Shown one piece after another: positions 1-9,299 of a DNA stretch of 64,000 nt. Position 1 is the first letter of the stretch, and every line of letters begins with the position of its first letter. Origin of the DNA: Cyanobacteria bacterium auto_48_18 (lineage in GTDB: Bacteria; Cyanobacteriota; Vampirovibrionia; Obscuribacterales; Obscuribacteraceae). The notes beneath the pieces were generated by a model. It was not told the origin of the DNA. It saw only the letters and a program-made list of their open reading frames with translations, and did no database searches. The stretch covers positions 146,971 through 210,970 of the forward strand of contig JAVHQC010000035.1 of the NCBI GenBank assembly GCA_036170915.1. The letters run 5' to 3'. Both the position numbers and the translations under genes were made by a program.

Positions 1-546
1 AATATAAAGCCTCTGACTACTTGAATTGGAAACTGCAGTAATCTTACTTTTAGGAAAGCGCTCGGCAAGATAAAGTGTAAGCGAACCCCAACCACAACCA
101 AGCTCGAGAATTCTCTGACCATCACTAAGATCGGCACGGGCAGCAGTAAGAGCAAGCATAGCCTCTTCTGCCTGATCAAGTGTGTCATCACTGTTGACGT
201 AGTAACAGGAGCTGTATTTCATGCGGCGGCCCAGGCAGAGTTTAAAAAATTCAGCCGGAACTTGATAGTGCTGTTCATTGGCTGAATCAGTCTTAATGGC
301 CACAGGCATAAGCTTCAGCTCTTGCACCATGGCAAGCAAATGTTCTTGGCGTAACTGATGAGTGGGTTTGGTTTCTTCTTTCAATTTTGTCAGCAGCAAG
401 TTTCTAATGCCCGCTCGCACTAAAAAATCGGGCACCATATTAGTGGCTAAGATTTCGTAAATTAGTGCTTCCGAGCCTGGCTTGCTCAAGCTCTCAAAAT
501 CGATCTGAGTTTTAGTATTCTTTTCGTCGGTTTCAACAGCGGTCAT
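1..546 (-). CDS. CMAS-family SAM-dependent methyltransferase (cyclopropane-fatty-acyl-phospholipid synthase-like). Only the N-terminal part is present and the gene runs off the window edge.
   Basis: My own minus-strand translation from the ATG at 546-544 gives MTAVETDEKNTK...QHYQVPAEFFKLCLG...ILELGCGWGSLTLYLAERFP, with the CMAS N-terminal region and SAM motif I. The start overlaps the upstream stop as ATGA (543-546). It is absent from the ORF track because it is truncated by the edge. Confidence 0.75.
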   Translation of the reverse strand, partial: MTAVETDEKNTKTQIDFESLSKPGSEALIYEILATNMVPDFLVRAGIRNLLLTKLKEETKPTHQLRQEHLLAMVQELKLMPVAIKTDSANEQHYQVPAEFFKLCLGRRMKYSSCYYVNSDDTLDQAEEAMLALTAARADLSDGQRILELGCGWGSLTLYLAERFPKSKITAVSNSSSQRLYI

Positions 547-1361
547 GATGCACTCCTCTTCTTAAACCAGGGAATGAACGGGCTGGTACTTCGCTGGTAT
601 GCGGCATAGACTTCTCCTTTGCTACGCAATGCTTGCTCTTCTGTGGCTTTGACCCCGGTCACTTTTACAAGAAACCAGAGCATCAAGAGCGGGCAATAGA
701 ATGTGCACCAGCCGTAAGGAACAGCCAGTGAAAAGACAAAAAACGCCACCCAGACAAGCCACTCAAAAAAATAATTGGGATGTCTGGAATAGTTCCACAA
801 TCCAACCTGGCAAACTTTACCGCGATTTGATGGGTCTTTTTTAAATGTTTCAAGCTCATGATCTGCAAGGCTTTCACCCACTAAGGCAATAAGAAAAATC
901 ACCATGCCGATAATCTCGCAAGCAGCAAATCTTGGCACAGCATTGACCATGGCCAGGGCAAATGGCAAAGTTAAAGACGCCAGCAAGACCGCCTGCATTT
1001 CGAAAGCAAGAAACAGCCCTAAAGCAGCATTCTTGCCCCATGCCTGACGATATGCGCTGTAGCGTCCATCTTCAGCCGGCCACAATCGCTTGAAACGAAT
1101 GGCCAGAAAGAAACCCAATCGCAGGCTCCAGCACGCCACCATCAGTAGTACTATAGCATTGCGCGGCATCCAGCCCCAGCCATGCATATAAGCCAGAGTA
1201 AAATCAATCGAGGCAAGAACTACAAAGCCGAAACCCCAGACCACATCAACAATACCCGCATTGTTGATCTTCTCGCTCACCAGCCAAACCAGAAACATCA
1301 GTACAATCATGGTGGCAAAGCTTACTAGCATTAATGTAATTATTGACGAAAGTTCTGCCAC
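543..1361 (-). CDS. DUF1295 / steroid 5-alpha-reductase-like polytopic membrane protein
   Basis: 272 aa and strongly hydrophobic. The C-terminal motif NYSRHPNYFFEWLVW is typical of the DUF1295/ICMT-like fold. Confidence 0.75.
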   Translation of the reverse strand: MAELSSIITLMLVSFATMIVLMFLVWLVSEKINNAGIVDVVWGFGFVVLASIDFTLAYMHGWGWMPRNAIVLLMVACWSLRLGFFLAIRFKRLWPAEDGRYSAYRQAWGKNAALGLFLAFEMQAVLLASLTLPFALAMVNAVPRFAACEIIGMVIFLIALVGESLADHELETFKKDPSNRGKVCQVGLWNYSRHPNYFFEWLVWVAFFVFSLAVPYGWCTFYCPLLMLWFLVKVTGVKATEEQALRSKGEVYAAYQRSTSPFIPWFKKRSAS

Positions 1362-1377
1362 TGTTTTTCAACCTGCC

Positions 1378-2421
1378 TTATAACTGTTCTGTTTCTGCAC
1401 TGGCGCGCTGCAGTCGATCTCGCACACCATCCCAAGATTCGTCGGTTGAAACAGTTTCTACAAAAATACGATCGAGCTTCAAGGCATCGAAGTGTCGCAA
1501 CTGTTCATAAAGCAACCGAGCGTACTGGTCTACCTCCGGTGGAGCAATTACCAGCGCGTCATATCCACGCCCGCTCATACTTTCCTTGAGCTGCTCAATT
1601 GTGGCTGCAGACGCTATCACTCCCACGCCCTGATCTAAAGCATTGAGTTCAAGGGCCAACTCTATTAAGCTTCTGCCGTCAGTCACTGTCAATTTTGTCT
1701 GCGGAGCGTAATGGCTAGGCAAAGAACCGGGCACACGCAGCTCTGCTTGCCCAGTATTATTCGAAGCCAATTTATACCCGAGTACAGCTTCTAAAGCCTG
1801 ACTGGAGATCATTCCGGGGCGCAAAATTTTGGCTTCAGTGGTAAGGGCGATGATCGTCGATTCAATACCAACTTCACAGGCACCACCATCTAAAACCATG
1901 GCCAGAGGTGAATCTCCTTCTAAATGAAATTCAGAACGCACCGCTTCAGCCGTTGTGGGCGAAAGTCGGCCAAAGCGATTGGCGGAAGGGGCAGCCAGGC
2001 CACCAGTTTTAGCCAACAACTTCAGAGCAACCGGGTGCGCCGGCAAGCGCAAACCGATTGAATCTTGACCACCAGTGACCTGCGAAAGTACATGATCAGC
2101 TTTGGGTAAAATCATGGTCATGGGCCCAGGCCAGAATTTTTCGGCCAATTTGTAAGCGTCAGCTGAGATATTTTTTGCCCATTTCTCTAACTCACTGATG
2201 GCGGCAATATGCACAATCACCGGATGCGATGCAGGACGCCCTTTCAACTCATATAAAGACGCAAGCGCTCTTTCATTGCTTGCATCAGCACCAAGGCCAT
2301 AAACTGTTTCAGTAGGAAATGCCACCAGTTTACCGGCCTTAAGAAAAGCAGCGGCGCGTTCAAGTTCAAGTTCAAGTTCAAGTTCAAGTTCAAGTGCGTG
2401 ATCAGAGGCAGTCATTTTCAT
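1378..2421 (-). CDS. sua5: L-threonylcarbamoyladenylate synthase (Sua5/YwlC long form, tRNA t6A pathway)
   Basis: YrdC-domain motifs FPTETVYGLGADA and KGRPASHPVIVHI are present. The 347-aa length fits the form with the extra Sua5 C-terminal domain. Confidence 0.9.
   Translation of the reverse strand: MKMTASDHALELELELELELERAAAFLKAGKLVAFPTETVYGLGADASNERALASLYELKGRPASHPVIVHIAAISELEKWAKNISADAYKLAEKFWPGPMTMILPKADHVLSQVTGGQDSIGLRLPAHPVALKLLAKTGGLAAPSANRFGRLSPTTAEAVRSEFHLEGDSPLAMVLDGGACEVGIESTIIALTTEAKILRPGMISSQALEAVLGYKLASNNTGQAELRVPGSLPSHYAPQTKLTVTDGRSLIELALELNALDQGVGVIASAATIEQLKESMSGRGYDALVIAPPEVDQYARLLYEQLRHFDALKLDRIFVETVSTDESWDGVRDRLQRASAETEQL
2358..2393 (-). repeat. In-frame hexanucleotide microsatellite (CTTGAA)x6 encoding (Leu-Glu)6 near the Sua5 N-terminus
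   Basis: The plus strand reads gttcaa six times in perfect tandem, and the protein reads HALELELELELELERAA. Confidence 0.95.
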
Positions 2422-2434
2422 TATCCGTGAGATT

Positions 2435-3790
2435 TTAGACCAATCTCTTAAGAAGCTCCCCGTGGCTTAAATTAAGATTGTTGGGCCTAGTATAAACTGC
2501 TTGCACAGCGGTGATATTGCGCATGGCAAAAGCCGAAAAGCAATAAGACAAATAATATTGCCATTTGCGCACAAAAATCTGGTCGAAACCGAGCGCGTGC
2601 ACTTGCTCTAGACGAGACTCAAACTCCGTTTGCCAAATCTCCAGCGTTTTCGCGTAGTAGTTGCCGATATCTTCAAGATCATGCAGGAACAAGTCGCTCT
2701 TACAGCGCTCCAGCGCCTGACTGACACGCCGATGACTGAGCAACTGAGAGCCTGGAAATATATGTTTCTGAATAAAATCAGTATTCTGACGCAATAAATC
2801 GTAGCGAGAATCAGGACACGTAATCATCTGCAAAGCAAGCAAGCCATCTTTTTTTAGAAGCGAATTACACTGCTTGAAAAATACATCAAGATACTCATCA
2901 CCTACTGCTTCGATCATTTCAATGGAAACAATTTTGTCAAATTGACCATCAATTTGCCGGTAGTCTTGCAAACGCAAATCAACTTTACGTTCTAAGCCAC
3001 AAGCAGCTAATCGTTTTTGAGCATAATCAAACTGTTCCTGTGAAATAGTAACGGCGGTTATGGAACAGCCATAATTTCTGGCCGCATACTCGGCAAAGCC
3101 TCCCCATCCGCAACCGATTTCAAGCACACTATCTGTTGCTTTAATTTTGAGCTTGCTGCAAAGACTTTCATATTTCGCCTCTTGTGCCGCAGCCAAATCA
3201 GAATTCCAATTTTTAAAATAGGCGCTGGAATAAGTCATTGATTGATCAAGAAATAGCTTAAACAAATCATTACTCAAATCATAGTGGTACGAGATATTGC
3301 GGCGGCTATTGCTCTCATGATTTCTGCGCCCGTAATGCAAAATTTGATTGACCGCACCAAGCAAATTAAAAGAACGCCAGCTGTTGTTGCCTTCAAGAAT
3401 CTGGCAATTGTTGACATTCAGCAGGGCCCAGGCAATCACACCGGCCACATCACTACTCGACCAATCGCCATCCATGAATGACTCAGACAACCCTACGTGA
3501 CCAAAAACTACAAGGCGACTAAAGAACTTTTCGTTCACAACTTTGATGTCAGCCTTGATCAGTACAGCCGAAGTATCACTGCGCTGGGCACCAAAATAAA
3601 GTACCTCTCCCTCGGGCAAAGTTAAAGTGAGCTGCCCAGACTTCATGGCAGCCAGTGCAGAAATCACGATTTTGCGACACATGCGTTGCCAGACTGTGAG
3701 CCCATGGCGCCCTGACGGCGCCACAGATGAGTTCTGCGAAGCTGCTTTAAACTCTACTTTCGACTTCGGCATGTTTGTGTTCCTTTTCAC
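2435..3790 (-). CDS. cfa: Cyclopropane-fatty-acyl-phospholipid synthase family methyltransferase
   Basis: 451 aa with SAM motif VLEIGCGWGGFAEYAA and a CMAS-type C-terminal region. The 5' end overlaps the upstream DUF1365 gene, so the true start may be the second Met (about 3772). Confidence 0.88.
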   Translation of the reverse strand: MKRNTNMPKSKVEFKAASQNSSVAPSGRHGLTVWQRMCRKIVISALAAMKSGQLTLTLPEGEVLYFGAQRSDTSAVLIKADIKVVNEKFFSRLVVFGHVGLSESFMDGDWSSSDVAGVIAWALLNVNNCQILEGNNSWRSFNLLGAVNQILHYGRRNHESNSRRNISYHYDLSNDLFKLFLDQSMTYSSAYFKNWNSDLAAAQEAKYESLCSKLKIKATDSVLEIGCGWGGFAEYAARNYGCSITAVTISQEQFDYAQKRLAACGLERKVDLRLQDYRQIDGQFDKIVSIEMIEAVGDEYLDVFFKQCNSLLKKDGLLALQMITCPDSRYDLLRQNTDFIQKHIFPGSQLLSHRRVSQALERCKSDLFLHDLEDIGNYYAKTLEIWQTEFESRLEQVHALGFDQIFVRKWQYYLSYCFSAFAMRNITAVQAVYTRPNNLNLSHGELLKRLV

Positions 3791-4598
3791 TGCGATTTAG
3801 CACATCAATTTGCATCTGGGGAGAATCTTGTTTAGCGAAGAATGGCACCTGCTTAAGCCAGAGCATCAGGGCATGCAGGTGGATAGCTGTAATAACCTTT
3901 AAAGTGAGCAAAGGATACTGCAAAAATAAAGACAGATCTAAATTGAAAATCGGTGCACTTTGGCCATGGACATTGGTCACTAGAAGCGTCTCACCACCCT
4001 CACTGAGGGTATTTACAGAAAGATTGATCTGATCTTGCGGTAAGGACAAAATAAAGTGAAAGTAGTCTGACACTCGAGAAAATGGTGAAACATAAAAGTG
4101 TTTAGCAGCCAGCAAATTGAAAACGTTCTCTGAACTCATTGAGTTACCGCTTAGCAAATACATTTTCATTTCGCCAAAAGTGTTGCCAACTTCGGCCACA
4201 GCAGCAAGCGGAGAGTGGTGCTTGTCAAAAACAAAATAAAAAGAGACAGGGTTGAAAACATAACCCAAGATACGCGGATAAGTCAGCAAAAAGATGCTGC
4301 CGTCAAACTCGCTCACAGAGTCCGATAAAATATGATGCTCACGCAGATAATGTAGCATTCTATCCTTTAGAGGTGCTGCATTATCTGCCAGTAAGTGATC
4401 AGAATCGTAGAAGCTAAAAAGGTTAAAACGATTGCGGCTAAACAAAGGCAGGACCGCATCTAGACCATCGAGCTCATCAAGATTTAAATAGAGCATAAAG
4501 ACTTTGTGCTTAAAGCCATAGCTGGCAGGCAACCGCCGTTGATGCATGATCTGGCAGCGATACACCTTGGAAGAAAAACTTTGGCCGCTTTTATTCAT
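3747..4598 (-). CDS. DUF1365 family protein
   Basis: The N-terminal signature YRCQIMHQRRLPASYGFKHKVFMLYLNLDEL matches the DUF1365 pattern. It has a 4-nt overlap with the upstream oxidoreductase. Confidence 0.8.
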   Translation of the reverse strand: MNKSGQSFSSKVYRCQIMHQRRLPASYGFKHKVFMLYLNLDELDGLDAVLPLFSRNRFNLFSFYDSDHLLADNAAPLKDRMLHYLREHHILSDSVSEFDGSIFLLTYPRILGYVFNPVSFYFVFDKHHSPLAAVAEVGNTFGEMKMYLLSGNSMSSENVFNLLAAKHFYVSPFSRVSDYFHFILSLPQDQINLSVNTLSEGGETLLVTNVHGQSAPIFNLDLSLFLQYPLLTLKVITAIHLHALMLWLKQVPFFAKQDSPQMQIDVLNRSEKEHKHAEVESRV

Positions 4599-5890
4599 AG
4601 AGCAGCGCCCACCGCACTTTTCTGCAAAATCACTTTTGCCAGATCGATGGCTGAAGTCAATGCATCTTCATGAAAACCATAACGGAAATAGCTACCGCAA
4701 TAATAAATCGACTGATCAGCTGAGACCATGTTCAGTGAAGACAAATGCTCTTGGGCAGCAGCTGTAGCTAAGTCAAAAAGCGGATGAGTATATTCGAGAG
4801 AGCGCACAATTTTGCTTGGGTCAATAAGAGACCTACTATTGAGAGAGACGAAATAGTCTTTCTTAGCCAGGAGCCCCTGCAAGTTATTCATCCAATAATG
4901 AGTTGTGCTGGAAGGGCCGGGGGAGCTAAGAAACCTGGACTGATCACTTTCACCAACACGGTAATTCCACGAAGCCCAGGCTAGTTTTTCACGTGGCATT
5001 ACCGAACTGTCAGTATGCACTGTGATCTCATTATTCTGATATTTAAAAACAGAAAGAAGTTCGCGCTCCCGCTCGGTAGACTCCGCCAAAAGCGCCAGAG
5101 CTTGATCAGCATGGCAAGCCAGAATAGCCTTGTCGAAATCATAAGTGACCTCGGCAGAAGTTACCCGAGCACCATTAGAAGTACGCTCGACTTTTGTAGC
5201 AGCACCATGGATGGAAACATTTTTAAGACTGCGACGCAAAGCACTGACATAATTGCGAGCGCCACCATCTACGGTGTACCACTGAAAATGGGTATCAAGG
5301 CCAAGAAAACCATGATTATCAAAAAAACGAATCAAAGTACTCATGGGGAAATTTAGCATTTTATCTGGCGGCGTAGACCAGACTGCACCTCCCATAGGTA
5401 TGAGATACCAGTTCAAAAAATCAACGCCAAGTTTGAAATGAGCCACATAATCTCGCACAGACATATCGCTCACATTAGACAACGAAAGGCTTGCCACTGC
5501 GTTCTTGTTGAACCAGTCGAGCTTAAGTAACATGTGCCAAAATCGAAAGTTGAGCAAATTTTTGCGTTGAGCAAAAACGCGGTTCAGGCCAGCACCATTC
5601 CACTCTATGCCCTGAGGCAAATATTGCACTGAAAATGACATGTCGGTAGCTTTGACAGGCACGTTCAATTCAGCCAGCAAAGCTGTCAAATTAGGATAAG
5701 TACGCTGGTTATAAACCATAAAGCCAGTGTCAAAAGAAACGCAGTCTGATTCGCTTTGCACATCGATGGTGTTAGTGTGGCCACCAAGGTAATCGTTGCT
5801 TTCGAAAATTGTCAGCTCATAGTGCTCTTTGAGCTTGTATGCACAGCCAAGACCAGCGATTCCAGCACCGATAATGGCAAGCTTTTTCAT
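4595..5890 (-). CDS. NAD(P)/FAD-dependent oxidoreductase (amine-oxidase / phytoene-desaturase-like)
   Basis: Rossmann dinucleotide motif KKLAIIGAGIAGLGCAY followed by FESNDYLGGHT. 431 aa. Confidence 0.85.
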   Translation of the reverse strand: MKKLAIIGAGIAGLGCAYKLKEHYELTIFESNDYLGGHTNTIDVQSESDCVSFDTGFMVYNQRTYPNLTALLAELNVPVKATDMSFSVQYLPQGIEWNGAGLNRVFAQRKNLLNFRFWHMLLKLDWFNKNAVASLSLSNVSDMSVRDYVAHFKLGVDFLNWYLIPMGGAVWSTPPDKMLNFPMSTLIRFFDNHGFLGLDTHFQWYTVDGGARNYVSALRRSLKNVSIHGAATKVERTSNGARVTSAEVTYDFDKAILACHADQALALLAESTERERELLSVFKYQNNEITVHTDSSVMPREKLAWASWNYRVGESDQSRFLSSPGPSSTTHYWMNNLQGLLAKKDYFVSLNSRSLIDPSKIVRSLEYTHPLFDLATAAAQEHLSSLNMVSADQSIYYCGSYFRYGFHEDALTSAIDLAKVILQKSAVGAAL

Positions 5891-6939
5891 GGCCCTGCAC
5901 CACTCTCAATTTTCAATGCACTGCCGTAGGCTTCCACGGGCACAGGACGTAAATCCCAGACAATACCAATTTTTTCCATCACTCTCAAAATATAATAGGT
6001 GACGTCAATTTCCCACCAGTAAAAGCCCTGACGGACCGCCCCGGGAAAGCGATGATGATTGTTGTGCCAGCCTTCTCCTAAAGTAATCAGGGCCAGGAAG
6101 AAATTATTTTTACTGTGATCGTCAGTATGATAGCGCTCGCTGCCAAACATATGGGTAAGAGAATTGATGGTGGCAGTGCCATGAAAAAGCAAAACCGTGC
6201 TGACGAAAAATCCCCACACAAGTAACTGTAGCGCGCTGGTTTGCAACTGTGGAAAATACTGCTCTAAAACAAAACCAGTAAGCAATAAGCTTATACCGAG
6301 CATTGTGGGCACAATCCAGTCAAAACGATTGAGCAACACCAGTTCTGGAAACTTAGTCAGATCGGAAATACTCTCATAATCGGTGGGCATATTAGCATCA
6401 GCTGTGATCCAGGCAATATGAGACCAGATAAATCCGCTGATGGTAGGTGAATGCAAATCACCAACTTTGTCTGAAAGGCGGTGATGATTGCGGTGATGGG
6501 CAGCCCACCAGAGCGGCCCCCGCTGGGCAGACGAACTGGCCATAATCGCGAAGACAAATTGAGCAACACGACTGGTCTTATAGGTGCGATGAGCAAAATA
6601 GCGATGATAAAATGCCGTTACCGCGAACATTCTCACCCAGTAGAGTGTCACCGTGACCAACAGGGCAAGCGGCGAGAAGCCTACCACTAGAATCCCAAGA
6701 GCACCAAGGTGGAGAAACACGAAAGGCAACCATCTGCTGGCTCGCGATACTTTCGGCAGGGCTCTAACCTGCTCGGCCCCTGCTGGGAAGTAATCTGAGT
6801 CTAACCAGCGCCAGATTCCGGTCAGGTTTGGCTTCTGTGGGTTTAATTCGCGCGAGAACAATTTTTCCACCATTTGGTCAGCATGGCAGCATAGCAGCGT
6901 TTTTCCCCATAAATCTAGATTACATATTCTTGATGACAA
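5887..6939 (-). CDS. Membrane fatty-acid (acyl-CoA/acyl-lipid delta-9-like) desaturase
   Basis: Three histidine boxes are present: HRYFAHR, HHRNHH and WHNNHHRFP. Several TM segments are visible. An alternative start at Met23 (about 6873) would remove the overlap with ribD. Confidence 0.85.
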   Translation of the reverse strand: MSSRICNLDLWGKTLLCCHADQMVEKLFSRELNPQKPNLTGIWRWLDSDYFPAGAEQVRALPKVSRASRWLPFVFLHLGALGILVVGFSPLALLVTVTLYWVRMFAVTAFYHRYFAHRTYKTSRVAQFVFAIMASSSAQRGPLWWAAHHRNHHRLSDKVGDLHSPTISGFIWSHIAWITADANMPTDYESISDLTKFPELVLLNRFDWIVPTMLGISLLLTGFVLEQYFPQLQTSALQLLVWGFFVSTVLLFHGTATINSLTHMFGSERYHTDDHSKNNFFLALITLGEGWHNNHHRFPGAVRQGFYWWEIDVTYYILRVMEKIGIVWDLRPVPVEAYGSALKIESGAGP

Positions 6940-8090
6940 ACGCTTATGCCGTGCAACAAAACGTCATCACCAATGAGGTCGGCCGCCAGTATTCTCCAAT
7001 TGACTGTATTCTCGATTAGTCGTTTTTGCTTAGAAGAAACAACCCTTGAGGCTTCTTCATCAACCAGCATTTTTGGCGCCACGATCCAGTAAAGCTCATC
7101 CACAAACCCGTGATTGATTAGTGAGCCGGCGAGCTTACCGCCACCTTCACAAAGAATTTTCTGAGCCCCCTGATTAAGCAAATATTCTAAGCAAAAAGGC
7201 AAATCGATCAGCCCGTCGGCGTCTTGTGGTGACGCCACCAGTTTGCAATTTTTGGGGTACAGGGTTTGTTTGGTTAGTTCACCGCTCAGAGTAAAAATAA
7301 TCACATCACCCTGAGGGGAAAAAATCTTTGCCGAAGGATTGATTTGGCATTTAGCGTCAATTACTGCTCGCAGAGGATTTCGGCATGGCCGAGAGGCATT
7401 ACTTATCTCGCGAACATCCAGGGCCGGATCATCAAGGCGAGCAGTGTTGGCACCAACAAGCACACAGTCAAAGCTGTCACGCAAATTCATGACAAAATTT
7501 CTCGCGGCTACACCGCTAACATAGCGACTGCGGCCTTCGCGATCGGCAATGCTACCGTCTAGTGTCATTGCCATCTTCAAAGCCACCCAGGGCATTTTCT
7601 CTTTCTGTGCCTTAAAAAATCCGCGATTAAGATAAAGCGATTGCGCAGCCAGAACGCCGCAGATCACATCAATGCCGGCGGCCTTAAGCTCGGCAATACC
7701 GCCACCTGCCACTTTGATATTAGAATCTTCCGTGCCGATTACTACTCGGGCAACACCACTTTCAATCACCCTTTTTGAACACGGTGGAGTACGGCCCGTG
7801 TGGCAACAGGGCTCCAGATTAACGTAAAGCGTTCCGCCCAGGCTTGCACTGCCGGCTTGATTCAAGGCATTGACTTCGGCATGTGGCTGACCAGCCTTAC
7901 GATGATAACCTTCACCAACCACAGCACCATCTTTGTTTAAAACCACAGCACCGACCACAGGGTTTGGGCTGGTGCGTCCTTCGGCTTGCCGAGCCAATTC
8001 CAGGCAGCGGCGCATGTAACGCTGGTCGAGCGAGTCTGCTTCTACAGGTAAATTCGACGAGCTATCCAAAAAACACTTCAGCGACACCAT
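6915..8090 (-). CDS. ribD: Bifunctional riboflavin biosynthesis deaminase/reductase RibD
   Basis: Deaminase zinc motifs HAEVNAL and PCCHTGRTPPC, plus a C-terminal reductase domain. Confidence 0.92.
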   Translation of the reverse strand: MVSLKCFLDSSSNLPVEADSLDQRYMRRCLELARQAEGRTSPNPVVGAVVLNKDGAVVGEGYHRKAGQPHAEVNALNQAGSASLGGTLYVNLEPCCHTGRTPPCSKRVIESGVARVVIGTEDSNIKVAGGGIAELKAAGIDVICGVLAAQSLYLNRGFFKAQKEKMPWVALKMAMTLDGSIADREGRSRYVSGVAARNFVMNLRDSFDCVLVGANTARLDDPALDVREISNASRPCRNPLRAVIDAKCQINPSAKIFSPQGDVIIFTLSGELTKQTLYPKNCKLVASPQDADGLIDLPFCLEYLLNQGAQKILCEGGGKLAGSLINHGFVDELYWIVAPKMLVDEEASRVVSSKQKRLIENTVNWRILAADLIGDDVLLHGISVCHQEYVI

Positions 8091-9108
8091 AAAGCTCCAT
8101 ATCTAGAGTCTTTAAGGTGCCTGTCGCCTCCTCAATGGCAACATCAGTTAATTTGCTGCCCGCTAGTGAGACCATTCGTCCATACTTTTTCTCATTAACC
8201 AGCTGGGCAGCCTTGACGCCAAAGCGTGTAGCCAGAACACGATCAAAGGCTGTGGGAGAGCCGCCCCTTTGAATATGCCCAAGAATCGTGGCGCGAGTTT
8301 CAAAACCGGTTTGACTCTCAATGAGTTTGGCCAGTCGATCGCCAATACCTCCTAGGCGCTTATGCCCGAATGCATCGACTTGCTCTGCGGCTTCACCGGC
8401 TTCTACGCCGTCTCCCTCGCCATCAGAAAACTTTGCCCCTTCGGCTACTACTACAATGGAATAGTCGCGACCCCGGGAGTGCCTTGTTTTAATCGCCTGC
8501 ACCACTTTTTGTGCTTCGATTGGTTTTTCTGGAACAAGAATAAAATCTGCACCGCCAGCGATACCACCATAGCAAGCCAGCCAACCTGCGTCACGTCCCA
8601 TCACCTCGCACACATGCACACGGTTATGGGCTTCAGCAGTAGTGTGCAAGCGGTCCAGCGCTTCAGCGACAATATTAACTGCAGTATCAAAGCCAAAAGT
8701 AAAATCGGTAGCGTTCAAATCGTTGTCGATGGTTTTTGGCACACAAACTACATTGAGATTATGTTCCTTGTAGAGTCTGTTGGCCACGCCGCATGTATCA
8801 TCGCCGCCCACCGCAATCAAAGCGTCAAGCCTGTTCTTCTGCATATTGTCCAAAATTCTTTCCGGACCACGGTCGACTTTAAAGGGGTTAGTGCGCGATG
8901 TGCGCAAAATCGTTCCACCCCTGTGAATCAAGCCGCCTGTAGACTGCATGGTCAAAGGCATGACCATATTCTCGAGAGGGCCGCGCCATCCTTCAAGAAA
9001 ACCGATTACTTCAGAACTATATTCTTTGACGCTAGTGCGAACCACCGCACGAATTACAGCGTTAAGACCAGGGCAATCGCCGCCGCCTGTGAGAATTCCA
9101 ATGCGCAT
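8062..9108 (-). CDS. pfkA: 6-phosphofructokinase (PfkA family, with residues suggesting possible PPi dependence)
   Basis: N-terminus MRIGILTGGGDCPGLNAVIRAVV, with GGDDTCG and VPKTIDND motifs. Confidence 0.9.
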   Translation of the reverse strand: MRIGILTGGGDCPGLNAVIRAVVRTSVKEYSSEVIGFLEGWRGPLENMVMPLTMQSTGGLIHRGGTILRTSRTNPFKVDRGPERILDNMQKNRLDALIAVGGDDTCGVANRLYKEHNLNVVCVPKTIDNDLNATDFTFGFDTAVNIVAEALDRLHTTAEAHNRVHVCEVMGRDAGWLACYGGIAGGADFILVPEKPIEAQKVVQAIKTRHSRGRDYSIVVVAEGAKFSDGEGDGVEAGEAAEQVDAFGHKRLGGIGDRLAKLIESQTGFETRATILGHIQRGGSPTAFDRVLATRFGVKAAQLVNEKKYGRMVSLAGSKLTDVAIEEATGTLKTLDMELYGVAEVFFG

Positions 9109-9250
9109 TTTGCCACCTTTGTCGCAGCCAACTTAACCGCCCCACATGCCAAGCAGACACAGTGGGCGCCGGGCAATCAGTATACTGACCGGACAAAATC
9201 TTTTCGTGCGGGCCGCCGAACACTTAAGAATCATAAAGTTCCAGGGCTTT

Positions 9251-9277
9251 TTGGCTGACTTGGCTTACATTTATAAT
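9251..9277 (+). promoter_or_regulatory. Candidate sigma70-type promoter for sucCD (perfect -10 TATAAT at 9272-9277, weak -35 TTGGCT at 9251-9256 with 15-nt spacing)
   Basis: Hexamers read directly from the sequence. AAAGAGGA Shine-Dalgarno at 9284-9291 precedes the TTG start at 9300. Confidence 0.3.
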
Positions 9278-9299
9278 TCACCAAAAGAGGACTAGCACC

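Noticed and set aside
8362-9258. 298-aa plus-strand ORF
   Set aside because: It lies almost entirely antisense to the strongly supported pfk gene. It has no motifs, a Cys/His/Arg-rich shadow-ORF composition and no SD, so it is a mirror-frame artefact.
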